64,000 nt of DNA, from assembly GCA_002747955.1 (NCBI GenBank), contig PDQZ01000008.1:5983-69982 (forward strand). The letters run 5' to 3'. Below, piece after piece: positions 38,504 to 45,852 of this stretch. The translations under genes were made by a program, and so were the position numbers. The DNA is from Candidatus Campbellbacteria bacterium. GTDB lineage: Bacteria; Patescibacteriota; Minisyncoccia; Phycocordibacterales; GCA-2747955. Position 1 is the first letter of the stretch. The number at the start of each line of letters is the position of its first letter. Under the pieces are notes generated by a model that was not told the DNA's origin, did not search any database, and saw only the letters and a program-made list of their open reading frames with translations.

Positions 38504-40012
38504 ATGAATAATAAAGAACATTCAAGCAGACAAAAAGAAATCAGAAATCTAAGAATTCAAAAAATTAAGAATCTAGAAAGTTTGGGATTAAGCGCTTACT
38601 TAAATCCAAAAGACACAAAACCAACACACACTTTAAAAGAAGTAGTGGATAATTTTGCAAAATTCAAAAGGCAAAAGAAAGACAAGAAATACAAACTTGT
38701 AGGAAGAATCATGATCAAAAGGGGAGCAGGGAAAATTGCTTTTGTAAAGTTTTTTGATGGAACAGAATATTTTCAAGCAGTTCTACAAGCCGATGTTTTG
38801 GGTAAAAAGAAAATGAAAATTTTTGATAAAAATTTTGACATGGGAGATTTTGTCATTTTCCAAGGAACTTTATTTAAAACTAAAAAAGGTGAAAAATCTT
38901 TGAAAGTTACTTCATTTAAAATGGCTGGAAAATCTATTTTGCCACTTCCAGAAAAATGGCACGGTATCACAGACATTGAAGAAAAATACAGAAAAAGATA
39001 TCTAGACGTTCTGTCTGATCAAAATGCTTTTGATAAATTCAAAAAACGGTCAGAAGTAATTCGTGAAATAAGAAATTTTATGGACAATGAAGGTTTTTTA
39101 GAAATTGAAACTCCTATTTTGCAAAACCAAGCTTCAGGAGCAATGGCTGAAACTTTCAACACTCACCACAACGATTACAACCTAGACATGGTTTTAAGAA
39201 TTTCACTTGAAGCTGAACACAAAATAGTTATGGCGGGAGGTTATCCAGCAGTTTACGAGATTGGAAAAAACTTCAGAAACGAAGGATCAGATTCAACACA
39301 TATTCAAGAGTTTACGATGATCGAATGGTATAAAGCTTACAGGGGCCTTGATTACAATATTAAACTTACAGAAAAACTTTTAAAACACTTGGCTAAAAAA
39401 GTTATCAAAAAAACTGTTTTTGAAATTAAAGACGAAAACGACAAAAAAGTAAAAGTGGACTTTTCAAAAGAATGGAAAAAAGTAAAGTTCAACGATTTGA
39501 TTAAAAAATATGCCAAAATAGATGTTCAAAAAGCAACCAGAAAAGAACTTGAAAAAAAAGCAATGGAACTTGGTGGAGTTAAAAAAGAAATTTTAAAAAT
39601 GTCTCACGGAAATTTACTTGATTTTATTTACAAAAAATCAGCTCGAAAAAAATTGATCAACCCAACTTTTGTTTTAAATTATCCAGGAAGTTTAAAACCT
39701 CTTGCAATTCAAAACGAAGATGGAACATCAGAAGTAGCGCAACTTGTAATCGGTGGAGCAGAAGTGACAAACCAATATGCCGAACTTGTAAACCCACTTG
39801 TTCAAAGAAAACTTTTAGAAGATCAGCTAAAAGCTAAAAAGTCAGGGGATAAAGAAGCCATGGATTTCAACTCAGATTTTTTAGAAGCAATGGAATATGG
39901 AATGCCTCCAATGACAGGATTTGGAATGGGAATAGATAGATTGATGGCGATTTTTACGGAGCAGGATAACTTACGAGATACGATATTGTTTCCCATCATC
40001 AAACCTAAATAA
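38504..40012 (+). CDS. lysS: lysyl-tRNA synthetase, class II
   Basis: OB anticodon-binding domain, FRNEGSDSTHIQEFTMIEWY, GGAEVTNQYAELVNP, GFGMGIDRLMAIFT. Confidence 0.9.
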   Translation: MNNKEHSSRQKEIRNLRIQKIKNLESLGLSAYLNPKDTKPTHTLKEVVDNFAKFKRQKKDKKYKLVGRIMIKRGAGKIAFVKFFDGTEYFQAVLQADVLGKKKMKIFDKNFDMGDFVIFQGTLFKTKKGEKSLKVTSFKMAGKSILPLPEKWHGITDIEEKYRKRYLDVLSDQNAFDKFKKRSEVIREIRNFMDNEGFLEIETPILQNQASGAMAETFNTHHNDYNLDMVLRISLEAEHKIVMAGGYPAVYEIGKNFRNEGSDSTHIQEFTMIEWYKAYRGLDYNIKLTEKLLKHLAKKVIKKTVFEIKDENDKKVKVDFSKEWKKVKFNDLIKKYAKIDVQKATRKELEKKAMELGGVKKEILKMSHGNLLDFIYKKSARKKLINPTFVLNYPGSLKPLAIQNEDGTSEVAQLVIGGAEVTNQYAELVNPLVQRKLLEDQLKAKKSGDKEAMDFNSDFLEAMEYGMPPMTGFGMGIDRLMAIFTEQDNLRDTILFPIIKPK

Positions 40013-40132
40013 AACTTAAAAAATTGGCGACTCACTTTGTCGACCGCATAAAAAATTCCTTCACCATATATTAAATATGGCTCAGGAATTTTTTATTTGT
40101 CTCCTCGTGATTCATCCAATTTTTTAAGTTTT
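40011..40132 (+). repeat. MITE-like repeat family A, copy A6; perfect 17-bp TIRs AAAACTTAAAAAATTGG/CCAATTTTTTAAGTTTT; starts on lysS stop codon
   Basis: seen in sequence. Confidence 0.7.
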
Positions 40133-40149
40133 ATGATATAAGGATTGAA

Positions 40150-40247
40150 AAAACAAGCCCGAAATTTTGAAGCAAATTTTTGGAAAAAAGAACAAGCAAC
40201 GCTTGTTCTTTTTTCCAAAAATTTGCTTCAAAATTTCGGGCTTGTTT
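40150..40247. repeat. long perfect palindrome family B (copy B4)
   Basis: near-identical to 53379-53473 with compensatory arm changes. Confidence 0.7.
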
Positions 40248-40257
40248 TCAACCAACC

Positions 40258-40719
40258 CTAAATTTCACCATCAATCTGCTCAATTCTTCTTTGATGTCTT
40301 TGTTTATTTGAAAAAGGTTCAGAAAGCCAAATTTTTAAAATTTTACCTAAATTTATACTTTTAACAAACCTTGCTCCGATTGATAAAACATTTGCGTTGT
40401 TATGTTCTTTTGAAAGTTTTAAAATTTTTGGATTTCCTCCGTAGTAAACTGTTGCTCTGACATTTTTAAATCTATTCGCAACCATAGCTTCTCCTTGCCC
40501 TGAACCACCAAAAATAATAGCCAAATTTTCAGGATTTTCAGAAATTTTTTCTCCGGCTTTTTTGATAAACAAAGGGTAGTCATCATCAGGATTGTAAGTT
40601 TCAGCCCCTAAATCTTTCACATTGTACTCTGGATATTTTTTCTTTAAAATTTTTTTTGTTTTTTCTTTTAATTTAAACCCAGCGTGATCTGTAGCCAAAT
40701 ATATTGTTTTATTTTCCAT
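40258..40719 (-). CDS. rpiB: ribose-5-phosphate isomerase B
   Basis: IYLATDHAGFKLKEK...IIFGGSGQGEAMVANR. Confidence 0.85.
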   Translation of the reverse strand: MENKTIYLATDHAGFKLKEKTKKILKKKYPEYNVKDLGAETYNPDDDYPLFIKKAGEKISENPENLAIIFGGSGQGEAMVANRFKNVRATVYYGGNPKILKLSKEHNNANVLSIGARFVKSINLGKILKIWLSEPFSNKQRHQRRIEQIDGEI

Positions 40720-40767
40720 AGATGTATTATAGCAAAAAAATTAAAATATGTTAAAATACTTTTTAAC

Positions 40768-40856
40768 GGAGAAGTGGCTGAGTGGTCGAAAGCGCGTCCC
40801 TGCTAAGGACGTGTCCGGGTTAAACTGGACCGGAGGTTCGAATCCTCTCTTCTCCG
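40768..40856 (+). tRNA. tRNA-Ser (anticodon GCT), type II with long variable arm, discriminator G
   Basis: GGAGAAG acceptor, anticodon stem CGTCC/GGACG loop CTGCTAA, T-arm AGGTTCGAATCCT. Confidence 0.8.
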
Positions 40857-41125
40857 CCGAGCACAAAAACCCAAAGCGACAGCTTTGGGTTTTTCCGTGC
40901 TCCGGCCGGAGAAGAGAGGATTCGAAAAGAGCGCAGCCCTGTTTTTTCTCTGCGTGGCTGCGTCCGAGAAAAAACGGCAAGCGGCGGGCCCGCGAGTTCT
41001 TAACGAACGACGAACGCAGTGAGGAAGTAAAACCCAAAGCGACAGCTTTGGGTTTTTCCGTGCTCCGGCCGGAGAAGAGAGGATTCGAAAAAAGCGGACT
41101 TTTCAAAAGTCCGCTTTGGTTTTAA
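40857..41125. repeat. tRNA-Ser 3'-end-derived inverted and direct repeats (two about 75-bp copies) plus segment shared with 57960-58030
   Basis: GGAGAAGAGAGGATTCGAA (revcomp of tRNA T-arm/acceptor) at 40895 and 41059; AAAACCCAAAGCGACAGCTTTGGGTTTTT hairpin twice. Confidence 0.6.
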
Positions 41126-41128
41126 AAA

Positions 41129-41668
41129 TTATTCAGCAAGTTTCTCTCCCGCTTTCTGCAGAAGTTCACTTGCTTTTTTTAAACCCTTTTCACCAAGGTT
41201 TTTAGAAGCTTCAAGCCCCTTTTTTCCTAGGTCTTTTGCAACACCAACTCCTTTTGATGTTGCTTCTTTAGTTTTTTCAACTGCCTTTTTACTAGTTTCT
41301 TTTAGGTCGCACCAAGCAGGTGCGTTAAAAGTAACTTCATTTACTTTATCTTTAACAGTGATAAAGTAAATGATTTTTTTACTGAAACCGGCTTTCTTCC
41401 AGGTTCCAGAGAAGGCGTATTTTCCAGGTTCAATTTGTTCTTGAACTTGGAAAACATTCTCGTCTTTTCCCATCGTAAATTCGTATGGGAAATTGGGAAC
41501 ATTTTTTTTCAATTCCTTGAAATAAAATGAACCGTTTTCAAAACCCTCAATAACCATTTTACAGCCGTAAGGCTTGTAAAAGGTCACGATGGTTTTGTTG
41601 TCATCTTCAGCAAATAAAACATTGCTAAAGAAAACTAAAATTAAAAAAACAATTTTTTTCATTACCAA
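41129..41668 (-). CDS. secreted hypothetical protein with K/A/E-rich C-terminal tail
   Basis: signal peptide MVMKKIVFLILVFFSNVLFA. Confidence 0.45.
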   Translation of the reverse strand: MVMKKIVFLILVFFSNVLFAEDDNKTIVTFYKPYGCKMVIEGFENGSFYFKELKKNVPNFPYEFTMGKDENVFQVQEQIEPGKYAFSGTWKKAGFSKKIIYFITVKDKVNEVTFNAPAWCDLKETSKKAVEKTKEATSKGVGVAKDLGKKGLEASKNLGEKGLKKASELLQKAGEKLAE

Positions 41669-42342
41669 CCTCCTTTAGGTTGTGGTATTCTACGCCACTG
41701 GTTGTTGTTTTGGTCTTGAATAATCACACGGATATCTCCGTCATCTTTTCTCCAGCACTCCTGTCTTTGGTAATTGTTCAAGTTTATAACAATTCTACCC
41801 AAATGGGCATTGTTAATATCATAAACAAGTGTATCACCAGAACCAGGGTGTCCAACGTATTGAACATTCAACAATCTACCGTTTTTGTACCAGTAAACTC
41901 GGGTACGGTAGTGGTTGTTTGTGTTGAAACGATAAACAAGTGTTTTTTCTTCACCTTGTCTGTAAAGCACAAAGTCTTCTTTGACAGGGTTAAAGTTTTT
42001 TTTCTGACCAGGTAAATACTTTTCAAGGTCAGAGCTTATTTTTACCGAACAATAAGGTGCGTTTAATCTAAAAACCACCTCATTTGTTACAACTTCTCCT
42101 GTAACATCGCTTGTGTAAACCACTTGCCCAGAACTTTGTCCTGAACTGTAACTCCACCCCGAAGCAACTGTTGCGCAACCAGTTGTCGCGACAACAGAGC
42201 TCCAAACAATTATTTTCAAAATTAATTTTTTCATTTTTGCCTCCTTCGGCAGTTTATTAAAAGAATTCTTGTATATTGTACATTTAATAACATAACTTGT
42301 CAATGTTGTAAATGTAAATTTTATGTGATAAATTGAAAACAA
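41662..42342 (-). CDS. hypothetical lipoprotein
   Basis: lipobox VATTGCA after signal peptide. Confidence 0.45.
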   Translation of the reverse strand: MFSIYHIKFTFTTLTSYVIKCTIYKNSFNKLPKEAKMKKLILKIIVWSSVVATTGCATVASGWSYSSGQSSGQVVYTSDVTGEVVTNEVVFRLNAPYCSVKISSDLEKYLPGQKKNFNPVKEDFVLYRQGEEKTLVYRFNTNNHYRTRVYWYKNGRLLNVQYVGHPGSGDTLVYDINNAHLGRIVINLNNYQRQECWRKDDGDIRVIIQDQNNNQWRRIPQPKGGW

Positions 42343-42343
42343 T

Positions 42344-43564
42344 ATGGATAAAAAACAATTGGAAAAATGGCTTGAAGCGGGAGTTATTGATCAAAATCAA
42401 GCCGAAAAAATGTTGCAAGATTTGGAACAACAAAAAAAAGAAAAAAGCTCTTCAAGAGTAATTTGGGTTTTTTCAATAATTGGTTCGGTTTTGTTGGGTT
42501 TGGGAGTAATTTTATTTATGGCTTCAAACTGGAGCCGGATACCTGATTTTGGAAAAATCGGAATGTTGGTTCTTGGAACATTTGGAACGTTCTTTGTTGG
42601 TTATTATTTGAAAGAACAAAAAAAGAATTATCCAAAAGTTGGTTTCTCGCTGATTTTTTTGAGTGCTTTTTTGTTTGGGGCAACAATTTTTCTGATTGCT
42701 CAAATTTATCACACTCAAGCAGATGAGCACAGTTTAGTTTTGTTGTGGCTTCTTGGAGTTTTACCTTTAGTTTATGTTTTTGGTTCAAGGATTTTTGCTT
42801 TTTTAAGCTCCATGCTTTTTTACACTTGGATGATTTTGTTTTTTATTCAAAAAAGCTCTATGTTTAAAGGTGAGATTGTTTTTTATATAATTTTTACACT
42901 TTCAATTTTGCTTTTTGTTTTTGGAAATTTGCATTTTTTCAAAAAAAGTTTAGAAAAAGTAGGCTTGGTTTATAAAATTTTTGGTTTCTTTGTTACCTCT
43001 GCTTTTTTGTATCTTGTGACGTTCCCAGACTTAGCTTCAGAGTTTATCAGGATCGGTTATTTTACAAAGTCTTTGTATTTTCCGATAACTTTTATGTTTG
43101 TTTTGATTTTTTTAGCTTTGACTTTAAGTTCAGCTCTAAACCCTAACAGAAGTGAAAATAACAGATTTGAAAATATAAGTTTGCTTTTAGGAAGTGCTTT
43201 GGTTTTTGGATTTAGTCTTTTTGATCCTGAAGTTGTAAAAGAAAGTATTTTTAGTTTTAGTTATATTGTATTTTATAATATTGTATTTTTTGGAATGTCT
43301 ATTTTGCTTGTTTACAAGGGTTACAAAAAAGAAAAAATGGTTTATGTGAATTTTGGAATTTTTTACTTGTGCTTATTTTTGATTTCAAAATATTTTGATT
43401 TGTTTTATCAAATGCTCGACAGATCCGTTTTCTTTATTATTGGTGGTATTATTTTAATTGCAGGAGGTTTTTATGCTGAGAAAAAAAGAAGAAAAATGAA
43501 AGAAGATTTTCTGAAGAATAAAAAAGATGTTGTTAATAGTTTTAATTTAAATAAATATGAATAA
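42344..43564 (+). CDS. polytopic membrane protein, DUF2157-like
   Basis: many TM helices; commonly paired with GDYXXLXY protein. Confidence 0.45.
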   Translation: MDKKQLEKWLEAGVIDQNQAEKMLQDLEQQKKEKSSSRVIWVFSIIGSVLLGLGVILFMASNWSRIPDFGKIGMLVLGTFGTFFVGYYLKEQKKNYPKVGFSLIFLSAFLFGATIFLIAQIYHTQADEHSLVLLWLLGVLPLVYVFGSRIFAFLSSMLFYTWMILFFIQKSSMFKGEIVFYIIFTLSILLFVFGNLHFFKKSLEKVGLVYKIFGFFVTSAFLYLVTFPDLASEFIRIGYFTKSLYFPITFMFVLIFLALTLSSALNPNRSENNRFENISLLLGSALVFGFSLFDPEVVKESIFSFSYIVFYNIVFFGMSILLVYKGYKKEKMVYVNFGIFYLCLFLISKYFDLFYQMLDRSVFFIIGGIILIAGGFYAEKKRRKMKEDFLKNKKDVVNSFNLNKYE

Positions 43565-44147
43565 AAAGATTTTAATTGGAGTACTTTTATTTTGGTTTAG
43601 TGTTATTGGAGGTTTTGTTGGGTATAAAGAATATACAGTTCAAAGCGGAACTGAGGTTTTGTTAAAAACAAGGGGATATGATCCGCATGATATTTTTAGA
43701 GGAGAGTATGTTAGATTGAGGCATAACATAAATGAAGTTGGAATAAATTATGGTACAAGTAATTTTGAGAATTTAAATGAATTTGAAAAAAAAGTTAAAA
43801 AAGGGGATAGGGTTTTTGTTTCCTTAAAAGTTGATGAAAAAAACACAGCTTCAGTTGGTAAGATAAGTTTGGAAAAACCAAAAAGTGGAATTTTTATTAA
43901 AGGAAAAAGTTTGGGTTCTTATTATCCATATTTGAAAGTTGATTATGGGCTGGGTAGTTATTTTGTGGAAGAGGGGAAAGGGTATGAAATTGAAAAAAAG
44001 TTGAGGGACCATAAATATAGTGCTTTTACAAAAGTTTCGATAAATAGGTTTGGTGATGCGGTAATTTTGGATTTGTTTTTTGAAAAAAAGAGTAAGATGG
44101 ATTATCAGAATTGGAAAGATGAGGGATCTAACCCTTCTGATTTTTAG
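43557..44147 (+). CDS. GDYXXLXY-domain protein
   Basis: DPHDIFRGEYVRLRHNI matches GDYxxLxY signature; overlaps upstream gene by 8 nt. Confidence 0.5.
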   Translation: MNKKILIGVLLFWFSVIGGFVGYKEYTVQSGTEVLLKTRGYDPHDIFRGEYVRLRHNINEVGINYGTSNFENLNEFEKKVKKGDRVFVSLKVDEKNTASVGKISLEKPKSGIFIKGKSLGSYYPYLKVDYGLGSYFVEEGKGYEIEKKLRDHKYSAFTKVSINRFGDAVILDLFFEKKSKMDYQNWKDEGSNPSDF

Positions 44148-44221
44148 AAGGTTTGTTGTATTGGGGAAGCAAAAATTGCCGAAGGCAATTTTTGTTTTAT
44201 TTGAGATGTTTTGTTTTAGAA

Positions 44222-44272
44222 ATGTTGCCCGATTTTGATAAGCATAACCCCACAGTCAAAATCGGGCAACAT
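44222..44272. repeat. hairpin family C copy (17-bp stem ATGTTGCCCGATTTTGA, loop TAAGCATAACCCCACAG)
   Basis: seen in sequence. Confidence 0.5.
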
Positions 44273-44401
44273 TTATTTATCAACATTTCTCTTTCATTTT
44301 TTGAAAAAATTGGTATAATATAGGCACATTCTTTTAAAGGTTTTATTTTAAAAAATTTAAAAGGGTTATTTATAAATTAATAATTTTAATAAAAATATAA
44401 A

Positions 44402-44869
44402 ATGACAAAAACACAAAAAGGGTTCACATTGATTGAACTTCTAGTAGTAATCGCAATTATCGGTATTTTAGCAGGAATTCTATTCGTTGCTATTGACCCT
44501 AAAGCGCAAACAGATAAAGCAGACGATGCAGCTAATAAATCAGCAATCGCATCAATCAGAACACAAGCAGCTCTTGTATTTAGTTCAACAGGTAGCTACC
44601 TAACAGTATTTGAAGATGATACTTCTACTTCTACTTCTGCAGATGCAAATGTTGCAAAACTTTACAATTCTTTACCAGGAACAGACGGGACTGAAAAAAA
44701 ATCTTATTCAACAGCTAATGCATGGTTTGTTGCAGCAACAATGAACAACGATAAAGATAATGGAACTACAGGTTCAAAAATTTATTGTGCTGACTCAGAT
44801 GGATTTACAGGATATGTTCAAACTATGCCAGGAGATACTGATACTGCCTGTGGACCAGCAGCAACATAG
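44402..44869 (+). CDS. type IV pilin-like protein (prepilin N-terminal methylation motif)
   Basis: KGFTLIELLVVIAIIGILAG. Confidence 0.8.
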   Translation: MTKTQKGFTLIELLVVIAIIGILAGILFVAIDPKAQTDKADDAANKSAIASIRTQAALVFSSTGSYLTVFEDDTSTSTSADANVAKLYNSLPGTDGTEKKSYSTANAWFVAATMNNDKDNGTTGSKIYCADSDGFTGYVQTMPGDTDTACGPAAT

Positions 44870-44991
44870 TAAAAGCTTATTATAAAGAACTTCCAATTGG
44901 GAGTTTTTTATTTCTTGTAATAAAAGTATAGCCCGATTTTGCGCAGCAAAATCGGGTTTTATTTTTAAATTTTTAATGTATAATATAAAAT

Positions 44992-45390
44992 ATGAAAAAT
45001 AATAAAGGTTTTACATTAATAGAGCTTTTAGTTGTAATTGCTCTTATTGGTATTATAGCAGGATTACTTTTTGTTTATATCAACCCTCAAAAAAGAACAG
45101 ATGACGCGAACGACTCAAAAGTCAAATCAAATTTAGCAGGGGTTGTTTCTCAAGCATCAGTTTCTTTTTCAAATAACGGAAATGTTTATACAGAAGTTTG
45201 TAATGAAAACGAGGTTAGAAAACTTGCAGGTTTAGAAGCTGGAGAAAAATACCCAGGAGTATGTAACGCAGGTGAACACTTTTGGGTGGTTTCACGAAAA
45301 CTTCCAAGTGGAAAGTATTGGTGTGTTGACTGGAAGTCAAATAAAAAAGAACTGGACAGTCAAATTACAAGTACACAAACTGAGTGCTAG
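44992..45390 (+). CDS. type IV pilin-like protein
   Basis: KGFTLIELLVVIALIGIIAG. Confidence 0.8.
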   Translation: MKNNKGFTLIELLVVIALIGIIAGLLFVYINPQKRTDDANDSKVKSNLAGVVSQASVSFSNNGNVYTEVCNENEVRKLAGLEAGEKYPGVCNAGEHFWVVSRKLPSGKYWCVDWKSNKKELDSQITSTQTEC

Positions 45391-45398
45391 TTTTTAAA

Positions 45399-45437
45399 AA
45401 CACCCGAAAATGACGAAGTCATTTTCGGGTGTTTTTG
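45399..45437 (+). terminator. terminator ACACCCGAAAATGAC-GAAG-GTCATTTTCGGGTGT + T-run
   Basis: seen in sequence. Confidence 0.6.
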
Positions 45438-45481
45438 TTGAAAGGGTATTTACTTAATTTAAAAATATGTTAAAATATATA

Positions 45482-45585
45482 TGCTTGCAAGGCGATGACA
45501 TTCACCAGTTTCCACCCCATCTTCCGGTTTGGGGTTGGTGAAAAGAATCATTTTGGCCCAGACTTTAGTCTGGGTCCTTTTTTTA
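45482..45585 (+). ncRNA. candidate small RNA between promoter-like TAAAAT box and strong terminator
   Basis: about 100 nt, internal pairing CACCAGTTTCCACCCCA / TGGGGTTGGTG; GGCCCAGACTTTAGTCTGGGTCC + T7. Confidence 0.25.
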
Positions 45586-45629
45586 AATTTTGAATTTTTT
45601 AAAATTTTTGGTAAAATAAGTTCAATGCC

Positions 45630-45825
45630 AATGAAGCTTTAGCACAGTGGAGGTAAAAATTAAATATAGAAAGAAAGTGTTTGAAATTTTATATTTCAAA
45701 AAACAGGGTGGCACCGCGGTTTGGTTGCCCGAAATTTAGCAAAGCTTGATTTCGGGTCAAATAAAAAATCGTCCCTGTGAATTATTATAAACTTAATAAT
45801 TTACAGGAACGATTTTTTGTTTTCT
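45630..45825 (+). promoter_or_regulatory. T-box riboswitch leader of serS
   Basis: AACAGGGTGGCACCGCGG (45701-45718) matches T-box consensus AGGGUGGNACCGCG; CAGGG can pair CCCTG of downstream terminator hairpin (45765-45818); upstream TTGAAT-16-TAAAAT promoter at 45592-45625. Confidence 0.5.
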
Positions 45826-45852
45826 GTAAAGAAAAATAAAAGAAAAAATAAA

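Noticed and set aside
40741-41125. Two long overlapping ORFs (121 and 125 aa) on opposite strands
   Set aside because: They span tRNA-Ser and the GC-rich tRNA-derived repeats. Open frames there are a by-product of GC-rich repeat sequence in an AT-rich genome; no start context or coding periodicity.
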